From an uncultured Holophagales bacterium (GTDB taxonomy: Bacteria; Acidobacteriota; Thermoanaerobaculia; UBA5066): DNA of 47,873 nucleotides. Numbering within the stretch: position 1 is the first letter of the stretch; each line of letters starts with the position of its first letter. The stretch lies in assembly GCA_964384675.1 (NCBI GenBank), contig CAYLNK010000009.1:1-47873 (forward strand), written 5' to 3'. The translations under genes were made by a program, and so were the position numbers. Shown here one piece after another: positions 23,927 to 33,112 of the stretch. The notes beneath the pieces were generated by a model, which was not told the origin of the DNA, searched no databases, and was given only the letters and a program-made list of their open reading frames with translations.

Positions 23927-25459
23927 GTGATCCCCAAGCCGCCGTTCGTGTCCGACCTCACGCCCGAGCTCGAGAAGGCGGAGTTCGAGAAGCTCAAGCC
24001 GAAGCTGCTCGAGGTGTGGGACTCGATCTCCCTGCGCGACGCCGAGCCGCACACCTCGGTCGTCGTGCCGTCCCTCACGCTCGACCAGAGCGAGCTCTCC
24101 AAGCTCGACGGCGCGAGCTTCTACGAGGAGCGGCTCCTGTTTCTCCTGATCCGGCTCCGCAACCCCCGGGCGCGGGTCGTCTTCGTGACGTCGCAGCCGG
24201 TCCACCCGCTCATCCTCGAGTACTACTTCCAGCTCCTGGTCGGCATCCCCGCGAGCCATGCCCGCGCCCGGCTCACGATGCTCTGCGCCCACGACGCGTC
24301 GCCCCGGTCGCTGACCGAGAAGATCCTGGAGCGCCCCCGGCTCCTGGAGCGGATCCGGGCCGCCATCCCCGACCGCTCGCGGGCCTATCTCACGGTCTTC
24401 AACTCGACCCCTTTCGAGCGGAAGCTGGCGGTCCTGCTGGGCGTCCCGATGAACGGCGTCGACCCCGACCTGGCGTACTGGGGGACCAAGTCCGGCAGCC
24501 GGAGAGTGTTCCTGGAGGCCGGCGTCGCACTTCCCCTCGGCATGGAGGACCTCCAGACCGAGGACGACGTCCACCGCGGACTCGTCGATCTGAAGGCCGC
24601 GCGTCCCGGCCTCCGGAAGGCCGTGATCAAGCTGAACGACAGCTTCTCGGGCGAAGGAAACGCGATCTACCGGTACCCCGAGACGCCAGACCCCGGGGCG
24701 ATCCGCGCCGCGATGCAGGAGGTGGAGTTCGCCGTCACCTGGGAGACGTACGACGATTACTTCGCCAAGTTCCGGCGCATGGGCGGCATCGTCGAGGAGT
24801 TCCTCGAGGCCGAGGACAAGCGCTCCCCGAGCGTCCAGCTGCGGGTCGACCCGCACGGCGTCGCCCTGCCCATCTCCACCCACGATCAGATCCTGGGCGG
24901 CAACAGCGGGCAGGTGTTCCTGGGGGCTTCGTTCCCGGCGCGGGACGAGTACCGGATGAAGATCCACGACGCCGCGATGCGGATCGGCGCCGTGCTCGCC
25001 TCCAAGGGGGTCGTCAGCCGTTTCGCGGTGGACTTCCTGGTGACCCGCTCGGCCGCCGAGCCGGAGTGGCAGGTCTACGCTCTCGAGATCAACCTCCGGA
25101 TGGGGGGCACGACCCACCCGTTCCTGGCGCTCCAGTTCATCACCGGAGGCCAGCTCGACCCGAAGTCGGGCCTCTTCATCTCGCCGCGGGGCCTGGCGAA
25201 GTACTACCGCGCCACCGACAACCTGAAGTCCGGCACCTATCGCGGCCTCCTGCCGGAGGACCTGATCGAGATCCTCACGATCAACGGACTCCACTACAGT
25301 CACAACACCGAATCCGGCGTCCTCTTCCACCTGATCGGCGCGCTCTCGGAGTTCGGGAAGCTCGGCATGACCGCAATAGGGAACACCCGGGAGGAGGTCG
25401 AGGACATCTACGCGCGGACCCTCCAGATCCTGGACCGCGAGACCATCTACGGGCACTGA
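23927..25459 (+). CDS. ATP-grasp-fold protein with an N-terminal pre-ATP-grasp-like extension (putative carboxylate-amine/peptide ligase; function unknown)
   Basis: 510 aa. ATP-grasp-like segments VIKLNDSFSGEGNAIY and RFAVDFLVTR...WQVYALEINLRMGGTTHP. Starts with GTG. Strong GC3 bias. Family assignment from motifs only. Confidence 0.5.
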   Translation: MIPKPPFVSDLTPELEKAEFEKLKPKLLEVWDSISLRDAEPHTSVVVPSLTLDQSELSKLDGASFYEERLLFLLIRLRNPRARVVFVTSQPVHPLILEYYFQLLVGIPASHARARLTMLCAHDASPRSLTEKILERPRLLERIRAAIPDRSRAYLTVFNSTPFERKLAVLLGVPMNGVDPDLAYWGTKSGSRRVFLEAGVALPLGMEDLQTEDDVHRGLVDLKAARPGLRKAVIKLNDSFSGEGNAIYRYPETPDPGAIRAAMQEVEFAVTWETYDDYFAKFRRMGGIVEEFLEAEDKRSPSVQLRVDPHGVALPISTHDQILGGNSGQVFLGASFPARDEYRMKIHDAAMRIGAVLASKGVVSRFAVDFLVTRSAAEPEWQVYALEINLRMGGTTHPFLALQFITGGQLDPKSGLFISPRGLAKYYRATDNLKSGTYRGLLPEDLIEILTINGLHYSHNTESGVLFHLIGALSEFGKLGMTAIGNTREEVEDIYARTLQILDRETIYGH

Positions 25460-25495
25460 CGCCCTGACCGGGGAATCGGCGCACGCGCGAAGGCG

Positions 25496-27769
25496 TTGAG
25501 CCGAGAGCCCATGGCCCTGCCGTCCCTGCCGGCTCTCCCAGCCTCTCCGCCCTCCGTTCCGCCCGAGAAGCTCGCGACCGCCTCGGTCGGGCTCTCGGTC
25601 ACCGGAATGCACTGCGCCTCGTGCGTCGCGCGGCTCGAGAAGGCGCTCGTCGCGGTCCCGGGCGTCTCGGGCGCGTCCGTGGATCTCCTGGCCGGACGCG
25701 CCACCGTCCGTCTGGCCGACGCGGGCCTGCCCCACGCCGCGCTCCTCGCCGCGGTCGAGGAGGCCGGCTACGAGGCGACGGTCGAGGTCCCGGAGGACGA
25801 CGGGCTGCGGGACGCGCTGGAGGCGGCGGCGCGCGACCTTTCGCTCGCGGGCCTCTGGCGCCGGTTCGCCGTCGCCGCGGCGATCGCGCTGCCGGTGGCG
25901 CTGGTATCGATGCTCGACGTGCGGTTCGCGGGCCGCGACCTCGTCCTCCTCGTCGCGACCGCGTTCGTCCTCGGCTTCTCGGGCCACGGCTTCTTCTCGA
26001 GCGCGTTCGAGGGGGCCCGGCGGGGGCGGGCCGACATGAACACGCTGATCGCGCTCGGCACGGGCGCGGCGTTCCTCGGCTCCTCCGCCGTGACGCTCTT
26101 CCCCCAGGCGTTCCACCTCGGTACGGGCCATCCCCCGGTCTACTTCGAGGCGGCCGCCGTCATCATCGCCTTCGTCCTCCTGGGCCGGCTGCTCGAGGAA
26201 CGGGCCAAGGCCGCCGCCGGAGAGGCGATCCACCGTCTGGCGGCGATGGGGGCGAAGACGGCTCGCCGCCTCCGGGGAGACGCCGAGGAGGAGGTCGCCG
26301 TGACGGCCCTCCGGAAGGGGGACCTCGTGAGGGTGCCGGCGGGCGAGAAGGTGCCGGCCGACGGGAGCGTCGTGTCGGGCCGCTCGGCGGTCGACGAGGC
26401 GATGGTCTCGGGCGAGCCGATCCCGATCGAGAAGGGGCCCGGAGACCCGCTGATCGGTGCCACGCTGAACGGCGACGGCGCCCTGGTGATGCGCGTGACG
26501 GGCACGGGCCGTGACACGGTGCTGGCGCAGATCGTCCGGATGGTCCGCGAGGCGCAGACCGAGAAGGCCCCTCTGCAGCGGCTCGCCGACCGCGTCGCCA
26601 GCGTCTTCGTCCCCGCGGTCCTGGCGATCGCCGCCGGCACCTTCGCGGTGTGGGCGACCATCGGACCGGAGCCCCGCCTCCTGCGCGCCCTGACGGCCGC
26701 GGTCGCCGTCCTCGTCGTGGCCTGCCCGTGCGCGCTCGGCCTCGCGACGCCGACCGCCCTGCTCGTCGGGACCGGACGGGGCGCCGAGTCGGGAATCCTG
26801 ATCCGGAACGCCACCGCGCTCGAGAAGGCGTATCGCGTCGACACCCTCGTCCTCGACAAGACGGGCACGCTCACGCGTGGGAAGCCGACGCTCGCACGGC
26901 TGGTCCCGGCGCCCGGGGTGACCGAGAACGAGCTCCTCACGACGCTCGCGACGCTCGAGCAAGGCTCGTCCCATCCTCTCGCCGCGCCCCTCCTCGCGGC
27001 CGCGCAGGCACGGAGGCTCACGTTCCCGAAGGTCGACTCCCGGAGCGTGGCCGGAGGCGGTCTGGCCGGGGCGTCGTCCGGCGAGACGCTCCTCGCGGGT
27101 TCCGCCGCTTTCCTCTCGTCGCAGGGCGTCGCCGTCGACCCGGACCCTGCCGCCTCCGGCACCGTCGTCCATGCGGCCCGCGGTTCCCGTTGGCTCGGGG
27201 CGGCCGTCCTGGAGGACGCGATCAAGCCGGGCGCCCGGGAGGCGGTGAGCGCGCTCCGTGAAGCGGGGATCCGTGTCCTCCTCGTCACCGGAGACCGCCT
27301 GGACGCGGCGTTGAAGGCCGCCCGGGAGGCGGGGATCGCCGACGCGGACGTGAGGGCCGACGTCCCGCCCGGCGGCAAGAAGACGATCGTCGACGCGCTG
27401 CGCCAGGGCGGCGCCGTCGTGGCCGTGGCGGGAGACGGCATCAACGACGCGCCGGCGCTCGCGGCGTCCGACCTCGGGATCGCGATGGGCACCGGCACCG
27501 ACGTCGCCATGGCCTCCGCCGACGTCACCCTGGTGTCGGGCGACCTGCGCGGCGTGGCCCGCGCGCTCTCGCTCTCGCGAGCGACGGTGAGGAACATCCG
27601 GCAGAACCTCGCCCTCGCGTTCGTCTACAACGTGGTCCTCATCCCGGTCGCGGCCGGGGCCCTCTACCCGTGGCTCGGGATCACGCTCGACCCGATGCTG
27701 GCCGGCGGTGCGATGGCGCTCTCCTCCGTCTCCGTCGTGACGAACGCCCTCCGCCTGCGACGGGCCTGA
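25496..27769 (+). CDS. copA: Copper-translocating P1B-type ATPase (CopA-like)
   Basis: HMA domain GMHCASC. TM CPC motif (ACPCALGLATP). Phosphorylation site DKTGTLT. Hinge motif GDGINDAPAL. 757 aa. Confidence 0.85.
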   Translation: MSREPMALPSLPALPASPPSVPPEKLATASVGLSVTGMHCASCVARLEKALVAVPGVSGASVDLLAGRATVRLADAGLPHAALLAAVEEAGYEATVEVPEDDGLRDALEAAARDLSLAGLWRRFAVAAAIALPVALVSMLDVRFAGRDLVLLVATAFVLGFSGHGFFSSAFEGARRGRADMNTLIALGTGAAFLGSSAVTLFPQAFHLGTGHPPVYFEAAAVIIAFVLLGRLLEERAKAAAGEAIHRLAAMGAKTARRLRGDAEEEVAVTALRKGDLVRVPAGEKVPADGSVVSGRSAVDEAMVSGEPIPIEKGPGDPLIGATLNGDGALVMRVTGTGRDTVLAQIVRMVREAQTEKAPLQRLADRVASVFVPAVLAIAAGTFAVWATIGPEPRLLRALTAAVAVLVVACPCALGLATPTALLVGTGRGAESGILIRNATALEKAYRVDTLVLDKTGTLTRGKPTLARLVPAPGVTENELLTTLATLEQGSSHPLAAPLLAAAQARRLTFPKVDSRSVAGGGLAGASSGETLLAGSAAFLSSQGVAVDPDPAASGTVVHAARGSRWLGAAVLEDAIKPGAREAVSALREAGIRVLLVTGDRLDAALKAAREAGIADADVRADVPPGGKKTIVDALRQGGAVVAVAGDGINDAPALAASDLGIAMGTGTDVAMASADVTLVSGDLRGVARALSLSRATVRNIRQNLALAFVYNVVLIPVAAGALYPWLGITLDPMLAGGAMALSSVSVVTNALRLRRA

Positions 27770-27792
27770 GCGCGCGTGGTAGAACAGGGGCG

Positions 27793-28314
27793 ATGAGCAA
27801 GCGTCGACTCGCGCTGGCCCTTCTCCTCTCCTCGATCGCCGCCCTCCCCGCCGCTGCCGCGCCTCCCGAGAAGGGGACGTTCGCGCTGGCCGGCGCGCTC
27901 GGTGGCAACTTCCCTCTCGAGAGCGACTACGAGGTCGGCTTCCAGCTCGACGCCTCGGTCGACTACTGGCTCTCCCGGGAGGTCGGGGCGCGTGTGAGCG
28001 CCGGGTATCTCCGGGACGGCTCGAAGCTCGACGCGAGCTTCTCGAGCGGCTATTTCCTCGGCTCGGCGGTCTACCAGTTCAACCTGGAGGATTTCCGGCC
28101 ATACGCCATGGTGGGCATCGGGTTGTACGCCGTGGATCCTCCGGTCGGCGGCCAGGCCGGGCGCTTCGGCGTCCACGCCGGCGCCGGCGTGGAGATCTCG
28201 CTCCGCCGCCGGATCTTCGCGTTCGGCCAGCTGCTCTTCCACGGGGTCGGCAGCGTGGGGGATCGGAAGGCGTCGTTCTTCGGGCTGACCGCCGGGATCC
28301 GCTACTACTTCTGA
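27793..28314 (+). CDS. Small outer-membrane beta-barrel protein (OmpW/OmpA-like beta-barrel family)
   Basis: Signal peptide MSKRRLALALLLSSIAALPAAAA. Alternating amphipathic strands. C-terminal ...GIRYYF ending in Phe. ATG at 27793 with an AGGGG SD. Confidence 0.6.
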   Translation: MSKRRLALALLLSSIAALPAAAAPPEKGTFALAGALGGNFPLESDYEVGFQLDASVDYWLSREVGARVSAGYLRDGSKLDASFSSGYFLGSAVYQFNLEDFRPYAMVGIGLYAVDPPVGGQAGRFGVHAGAGVEISLRRRIFAFGQLLFHGVGSVGDRKASFFGLTAGIRYYF

Positions 28315-28315
28315 C

Positions 28316-28344
28316 CGGGGGGACCTCCATCGCCGGTCCCCCCG
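28316..28344. terminator. GC-rich hairpin (CGGGGGGACC-N9-GGTCCCCCCG) between convergent genes; putative bidirectional terminator
   Basis: Read from the sequence immediately after the TGA of the beta-barrel gene. No clear U-tract. Confidence 0.3.
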
Positions 28345-28406
28345 CGCCCCCCCTTGGCGGGGCACCTGGGACCCACGAGCAGCGTCGGTCTGCCCGGCGT
28401 CGAGCT

Positions 28407-29147
28407 CTACGCCGCCGCCTCTCCCGAGCGGTCCTCGGTGATGCGGCCGTCGCGCACCTCCACCACGCGCCCCGCGCGCTTGGCGAGCCCCGGATCGTGC
28501 GTGATGACGACGAGCGTCCGCCCTTGCTTCCAGAGGTCGGTGAAGAGACCCATGATGTCGCCGCCCGCCGACGTGTCGAGGTTCCCGGTCGGCTCGTCGG
28601 CGAGCACCAGGTCCGGCTCCATCGCCAGAGCCCGCGCGATCGCCACACGCTGCATCTGGCCGCCCGAGAGCTCCGTCGGACGGTGGTCCATCCGGTCCGC
28701 CAGGCCGACCGTCGCCAGGAGCTCGGTGACGCGCTCCCGCCGCTTCTTCACCGGCACCCCGCCGAAGAGGAGCGGCATCTCGACGTTCTCGAACGCGGTG
28801 ATGTGCGGCAGCAGGTTGAAGCTCTGGAAGACGAAGCCGATCCGCCGGTTCCTCACGCTCGCGAGCTGGTCGCGCGTGAACGTGGAGACGTCTTCGCCGC
28901 CCAGCAGGTAGCGCCCCGAGGTGGGTGTGTCGAGGCAGCCGATCAGGTTCATGAGCGTCGACTTCCCCGAGCCCGACGGCCCCACGATGGCGGTCAGCTC
29001 CCCCTTGTGGACGGTGAGGTCCAGGCCCTTCAGCGCCTCGACCTTCACCTTGCCCGTGTCGTAGACCTTCCGGATCCCCTCCATCTGGATGATGGTGGTC
29101 GGGAGCGTCGTCTCGCCCTTCTTCGTCTCGGTCGCCATCAGCCTCAC
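28407..29147 (-). CDS. ABC transporter ATP-binding protein (MacB/LolD/DevA type)
   Basis: Walker A GPSGSGKST, LSGGQ, Walker B LVLADEPTGNLD, H-loop ITHD. Start is GTG at 29147 or the ATG 9 nt downstream. Confidence 0.85.
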   Translation of the reverse strand: MRLMATETKKGETTLPTTIIQMEGIRKVYDTGKVKVEALKGLDLTVHKGELTAIVGPSGSGKSTLMNLIGCLDTPTSGRYLLGGEDVSTFTRDQLASVRNRRIGFVFQSFNLLPHITAFENVEMPLLFGGVPVKKRRERVTELLATVGLADRMDHRPTELSGGQMQRVAIARALAMEPDLVLADEPTGNLDTSAGGDIMGLFTDLWKQGRTLVVITHDPGLAKRAGRVVEVRDGRITEDRSGEAAA

Positions 29148-29151
29148 CCTT

Positions 29152-30411
29152 CTACTCGTAGCGCAGCGTCGACGCGGGGTCGACCGCCGCCGCGCGGCGC
29201 GCCGGGAAGTACCCCGCGGCCAGCCCGATCAGCCCGAGGATCCCCGCCGTCGCGAGGCCGATCGGGATCGAGAGCACCGGCTTGCCCATGAACTCCAGCG
29301 CCTTGACGCCCTCGGTCGGGACCAGCGCCAGCCCCCCGACGATGAGCGTCGCCAGGACCAGCCCCGCCGCCCCGCCGATCAACGTGTAGAGCAGCCCCTC
29401 CAGCACGAAGGGCCCGACGATCCAGGCCCGACGCGCGCCGAGCGCCATCTTCACGCCGATCTCGCGGGTCCGCTCCTTCACCACCGCGTACATGATGTTG
29501 GCGACCCCGACGCCCCCGATCAGGAGAGTCAGGGTGCCGATGACGCCGAGGAACGCCTCGATCCCGATCAGCACGTTGAGCGTGACCTGATTCGACTTCA
29601 CCGTGTCCCAGGCGCCGAGCGCGCGATCGCCGTCGGTCGGGTCGAACTGGTACTTGGTGGCGAGCACCCCGTGGACCCGCTTGAGCGCCCCCTTCATCTC
29701 GTGAGGACGCTTCACCTGGATCAGGAGGTTCGAGAGCTGCTCCCGCCCGAACTGGCCCCGGCACGTCGAGATCGGGATGACCGCATGGTTCGCGTCGGGC
29801 CCGCCGTACATCCCCATCTGGATCTTCTTCTGCATCACCCCGATCACGGTGTACGGGCTGTTGTTCACGAGAAGCGTCTTGCCGACCGCGGGCTCCTTGC
29901 CGAAGAGGTCCGTCGCGAGCTCGTTCCCGAGGAAGATCACCCGGCGTTTCTCGGCCTCGTCGGCCGGGCCCAGGAAGCGCCCGCCCGCCTGGGCGTAGTG
30001 CTTGCGCGTCTCGCCGTACCGCCAGCTGACTCCGATGACCCGGCCGGAGACGGTCTTCCGGCCGTAGCTGAGGGTCGTGCGCGGGGCCCGCACCTCCCCG
30101 ACCACGGCTTCCAGATCCGGGAGCCGCTGCGCCACGAAGTCGACGTCGTCGATCGTGGGGCGGATCGGGCGTCCCGCCGGGAGCCCCTTCCAGGTCTTGC
30201 TCGTCTCCCCGGGCCAGATCACTGCGATGTTCTCGCCCATGGCGCGCTGGTTCTTCGAGAGCTGTCGCTTCAGACCCTCGCCGAACGCCAGGAGCAGCAG
30301 GATGGCGACGGTGCCCCACGCGATGGCGGCGATCGTGAGGGTCGCGCGCCGGCGCTGGAGCCTGGCGGAGCCGGCAAACAGCCTGAAGATGACGGCCAGG
30401 TCGTGCTTCAT
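29152..30411 (-). CDS. ABC transporter permease, FtsX/MacB-type (permease 2)
   Basis: N-terminal TM, large periplasmic domain and C-terminal FtsX-like four-TM bundle (ERTREIGVKMALGA). ATG at 30411. Confidence 0.8.
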   Translation of the reverse strand: MKHDLAVIFRLFAGSARLQRRRATLTIAAIAWGTVAILLLLAFGEGLKRQLSKNQRAMGENIAVIWPGETSKTWKGLPAGRPIRPTIDDVDFVAQRLPDLEAVVGEVRAPRTTLSYGRKTVSGRVIGVSWRYGETRKHYAQAGGRFLGPADEAEKRRVIFLGNELATDLFGKEPAVGKTLLVNNSPYTVIGVMQKKIQMGMYGGPDANHAVIPISTCRGQFGREQLSNLLIQVKRPHEMKGALKRVHGVLATKYQFDPTDGDRALGAWDTVKSNQVTLNVLIGIEAFLGVIGTLTLLIGGVGVANIMYAVVKERTREIGVKMALGARRAWIVGPFVLEGLLYTLIGGAAGLVLATLIVGGLALVPTEGVKALEFMGKPVLSIPIGLATAGILGLIGLAAGYFPARRAAAVDPASTLRYE

Positions 30412-30487
30412 CGAACCTCTCCCGGCCCGCTGGGGGGGGCCTGGGGGCCCGGCGTCGAGCCGCCGGAGGCGGCGGGGGCCTCCGGCT

Positions 30488-31723
30488 TCATGACAGCTTC
30501 ATCGCCACCACGGGGTCGAGCCGGGAGGCGTCACGCGCGGGGAAGTAGCCGGCGAAGAGGCCGATGGCGCCGAGGATGGCGACCGTGACGAGCGCCAGCG
30601 CCGGCGAGACCTCGGGATTGCCCACGTACTGCGTCAGGCCCAGGCTGGGGATCACACCGCAGATCGCGAGCGTGACCCCGAAGCCGATCGCGCCACCGAT
30701 GCCGGTGAGGAGCAGCGTCTCGAGGAGGAGCTGCGACAGGATCCAGCGCTGCTTGGCGCCGAGCGCCATCTTGATGCCGATCTCGCGGGTCCGCTCCTCC
30801 ACGACCACGTTCATGATGTTCGAGACTCCGATCCCGCCCACGACCAGGGTGAGCGAGCCGACGATGCCGAGGAAGAGCTGGAAGCTCAGCATGAAGGTGT
30901 CGAAGAACTTGAACTGCTCCGTGGTGTCCCAGACCGCCAGCGCCTCCTTGTCCTGTGGCGCGAAGCGGAGCTTCCGGGACAGCACGCGGCGCAGCTCCGC
31001 GGTGGCCTGCTCGGTGCGGGCGTTGTCCCTCGCCTGGTAGACGACGTTCGAGACGAACTTCTGGCCGGTGATCGCCCGGAACGTCGTGCCGGGGATGAAC
31101 GCCTGAGAATGATCCCGGCCCCGGTAGCTCGAGTCCTGCTCCTTCTCCTTGAGGACGCCGACGACGAGGAACGGCGAGCCGTGGAGGATCACGGTCTTGC
31201 CGACCGCGGGGGCGCCGCCGAAGACGTCCTTGGCGAGCTCGTTCCCCAGGAACGCCACCCGCTTCTGCTCCGCCTGGTCGAGCGGGTCGACGAAGCGGCC
31301 CCCCGGCTCCGGGATCAGGTTCCGCATCGCGCCGAACTCCGGCGAGACGCCGGTCACGTCCACGGCCAGCGTCTTCATCCCGTAGTGGAGCTTCAGCGTG
31401 TCGGCGTACTCGCTGGAGATCCGGCGCAGCTCCGTCCCCTGCTTGCGCGCCAGGTCGATGTCCTCCTCGGTCAGCCGGATCCGGCGGCCCTTGCCCAGAC
31501 CCTCGAACGGGATCGACGTGAGCCCGGGCCAGCCGATGACGATCCGGTCGCCGAGCCCCGCGGTCTGCTTGATGAGCTTCCCCTTCAGGCCGTGCCCGAA
31601 CGCCAGGAGGAGCGTGACGGCGACGGTGCCCCAGACGATGCCGAAGACGGTCAGGAACGTGCGCAGCTTCTGGCTGCGGACGTCCCGGATCATCTGCTTG
31701 AGCACGTCCTTGATGTCGAGCAT
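30488..31723 (-). CDS. ABC transporter permease, FtsX/MacB-type (permease 1)
   Basis: Paralogous to the 29152..30411 gene (ERTREIGIKMALGA). ATG at 31723. Confidence 0.8.
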   Translation of the reverse strand: MLDIKDVLKQMIRDVRSQKLRTFLTVFGIVWGTVAVTLLLAFGHGLKGKLIKQTAGLGDRIVIGWPGLTSIPFEGLGKGRRIRLTEEDIDLARKQGTELRRISSEYADTLKLHYGMKTLAVDVTGVSPEFGAMRNLIPEPGGRFVDPLDQAEQKRVAFLGNELAKDVFGGAPAVGKTVILHGSPFLVVGVLKEKEQDSSYRGRDHSQAFIPGTTFRAITGQKFVSNVVYQARDNARTEQATAELRRVLSRKLRFAPQDKEALAVWDTTEQFKFFDTFMLSFQLFLGIVGSLTLVVGGIGVSNIMNVVVEERTREIGIKMALGAKQRWILSQLLLETLLLTGIGGAIGFGVTLAICGVIPSLGLTQYVGNPEVSPALALVTVAILGAIGLFAGYFPARDASRLDPVVAMKLS

Positions 31724-31949
31724 CGGTTGCTTCCTCGTGACGGTCGCCTGGCGTGATGTGCGAGTGGTTCGTCGGCCGGGGAGGGGGTGCGGGGGAACCC
31801 TCCCGCACCGTTGCTAGTTGGCGCCGCAGGTCGCGAAGCGGCCGAGGGGAAGAAGGGGAACCCGAGCCATGGCGAGGGTCTCTGGGATGGGGCCGGCGTA
31901 CGCGCCCGGCGCCATCCAGTAAACCCGCCTGACGGGTTTCCCGATCACT

Positions 31950-33056
31950 TCAGCTGATCTCCTTGGGCGGCCGCTCCACGACCCTGTCGCCCTTCTTGAG
32001 ACCCTCGAGCACCTCCACGTTGAGCCCGTCCGAGATGCCGAGCTTCACCTCGGTCTTCTTCGGCTCCCCCTTCGGGTCGGCCGGCGGCAGCTCGACGAAC
32101 GCCTTCTTGCCGCCGTCCTCGAAGATCACCAGGCGCTCGGCCAGCGTCACGACGTCCTTCTTCTCCCGGATGATCAGATCGGCGTTGGCCGAGTAGCCGG
32201 CGCGAAGGACGATCTTGTCGGTCCGGTCGAGCTCGATCTCCACGTCGAAGAGCGTCGCCCCGTCCTTCTGCTGTGCCTGCGGGGCGATCCGTGCGACCTT
32301 GCCGCTCACCACGTCCGTCGGCAGAGCGCCGACCTTGATGCGGGCCGGCAGGCCGGCTCTCAGCTTTCCGACGTCGATCTCGTCGACCGTCCCCTTGAAG
32401 ACGAGGTCCCGCATGTCCGCGATCGTGGCGAGCTCGGTGCCCGGCTGGTAGGACGTGAGCGGAACCACCGGGTCGCCCGGGTTCACCGTGCGGGTCAGCA
32501 CCGTCCCCGCGGCCGGCGCCCTCACGACGGACTCCATGGCCGAGTCCGCGTTCGTGACCCGCCCCTTGCGGGTCAGCTCCCGGTCCTGCTCGGCCTTCTT
32601 GAGGGCGATCCGGGCCAGCTCGAACGACTCCTTCTTGGTGTCGAGCTCCGACTTCGGCAGCACGCCGGAGCGTGACAGCTCGCCCGCGCGGTCGTATTCG
32701 GACTTCGCCCGGTTGAACGACGCCTGCGACGATTCGAGGCGCCGGTCGACCTCGGTCAGCTCGAGCGGCGTCGGGTCGGGGACGATCTCGAGGATGGGGT
32801 CGCCGGCCTTCACCGTGTCCCCCACCTCGACCAGGCACCGCTTCACGATCCCGGAGATCTTCGACTTCACCTGGAACTTCTGGCGGGGCTGGACTTGGCC
32901 CACGGCGAGGGCCTTCTCGGTGATCGAGCCGGTCTCGGCCTCGACGAGCTTCCACTTCTCGTCGCCCTTCTTCCCGCCCTTCGTCACGGCGTAGACGCCG
33001 GACGCGGCCCCGCCCAGGAGGACGAGGACGATGAGGGTCTTCAGCAGCTTCGGCAT
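31950..33056 (-). CDS. Periplasmic adaptor / membrane-fusion protein (HlyD/MacA/DevB family)
   Basis: N-terminal signal anchor, biotinyl-lipoyl-like hairpin and coiled-coil, beta-barrel region. 368 aa. First gene of the ABC efflux operon. Confidence 0.8.
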   Translation of the reverse strand: MPKLLKTLIVLVLLGGAASGVYAVTKGGKKGDEKWKLVEAETGSITEKALAVGQVQPRQKFQVKSKISGIVKRCLVEVGDTVKAGDPILEIVPDPTPLELTEVDRRLESSQASFNRAKSEYDRAGELSRSGVLPKSELDTKKESFELARIALKKAEQDRELTRKGRVTNADSAMESVVRAPAAGTVLTRTVNPGDPVVPLTSYQPGTELATIADMRDLVFKGTVDEIDVGKLRAGLPARIKVGALPTDVVSGKVARIAPQAQQKDGATLFDVEIELDRTDKIVLRAGYSANADLIIREKKDVVTLAERLVIFEDGGKKAFVELPPADPKGEPKKTEVKLGISDGLNVEVLEGLKKGDRVVERPPKEIS

Positions 33057-33112
33057 CTGGGCTCCTTCCCGTTCAAACCCAGATACGACGATCCGGGGGA
33101 TTGGTTCCCCGG

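Noticed and set aside
31724-31949. Possible tRNA or small RNA gene in the 225-bp gap inside the ABC operon
   Set aside because: No cloverleaf-compatible arms or T-loop consensus (GTTCRANYC) could be found. Only a short A/T-flanked stem is present.
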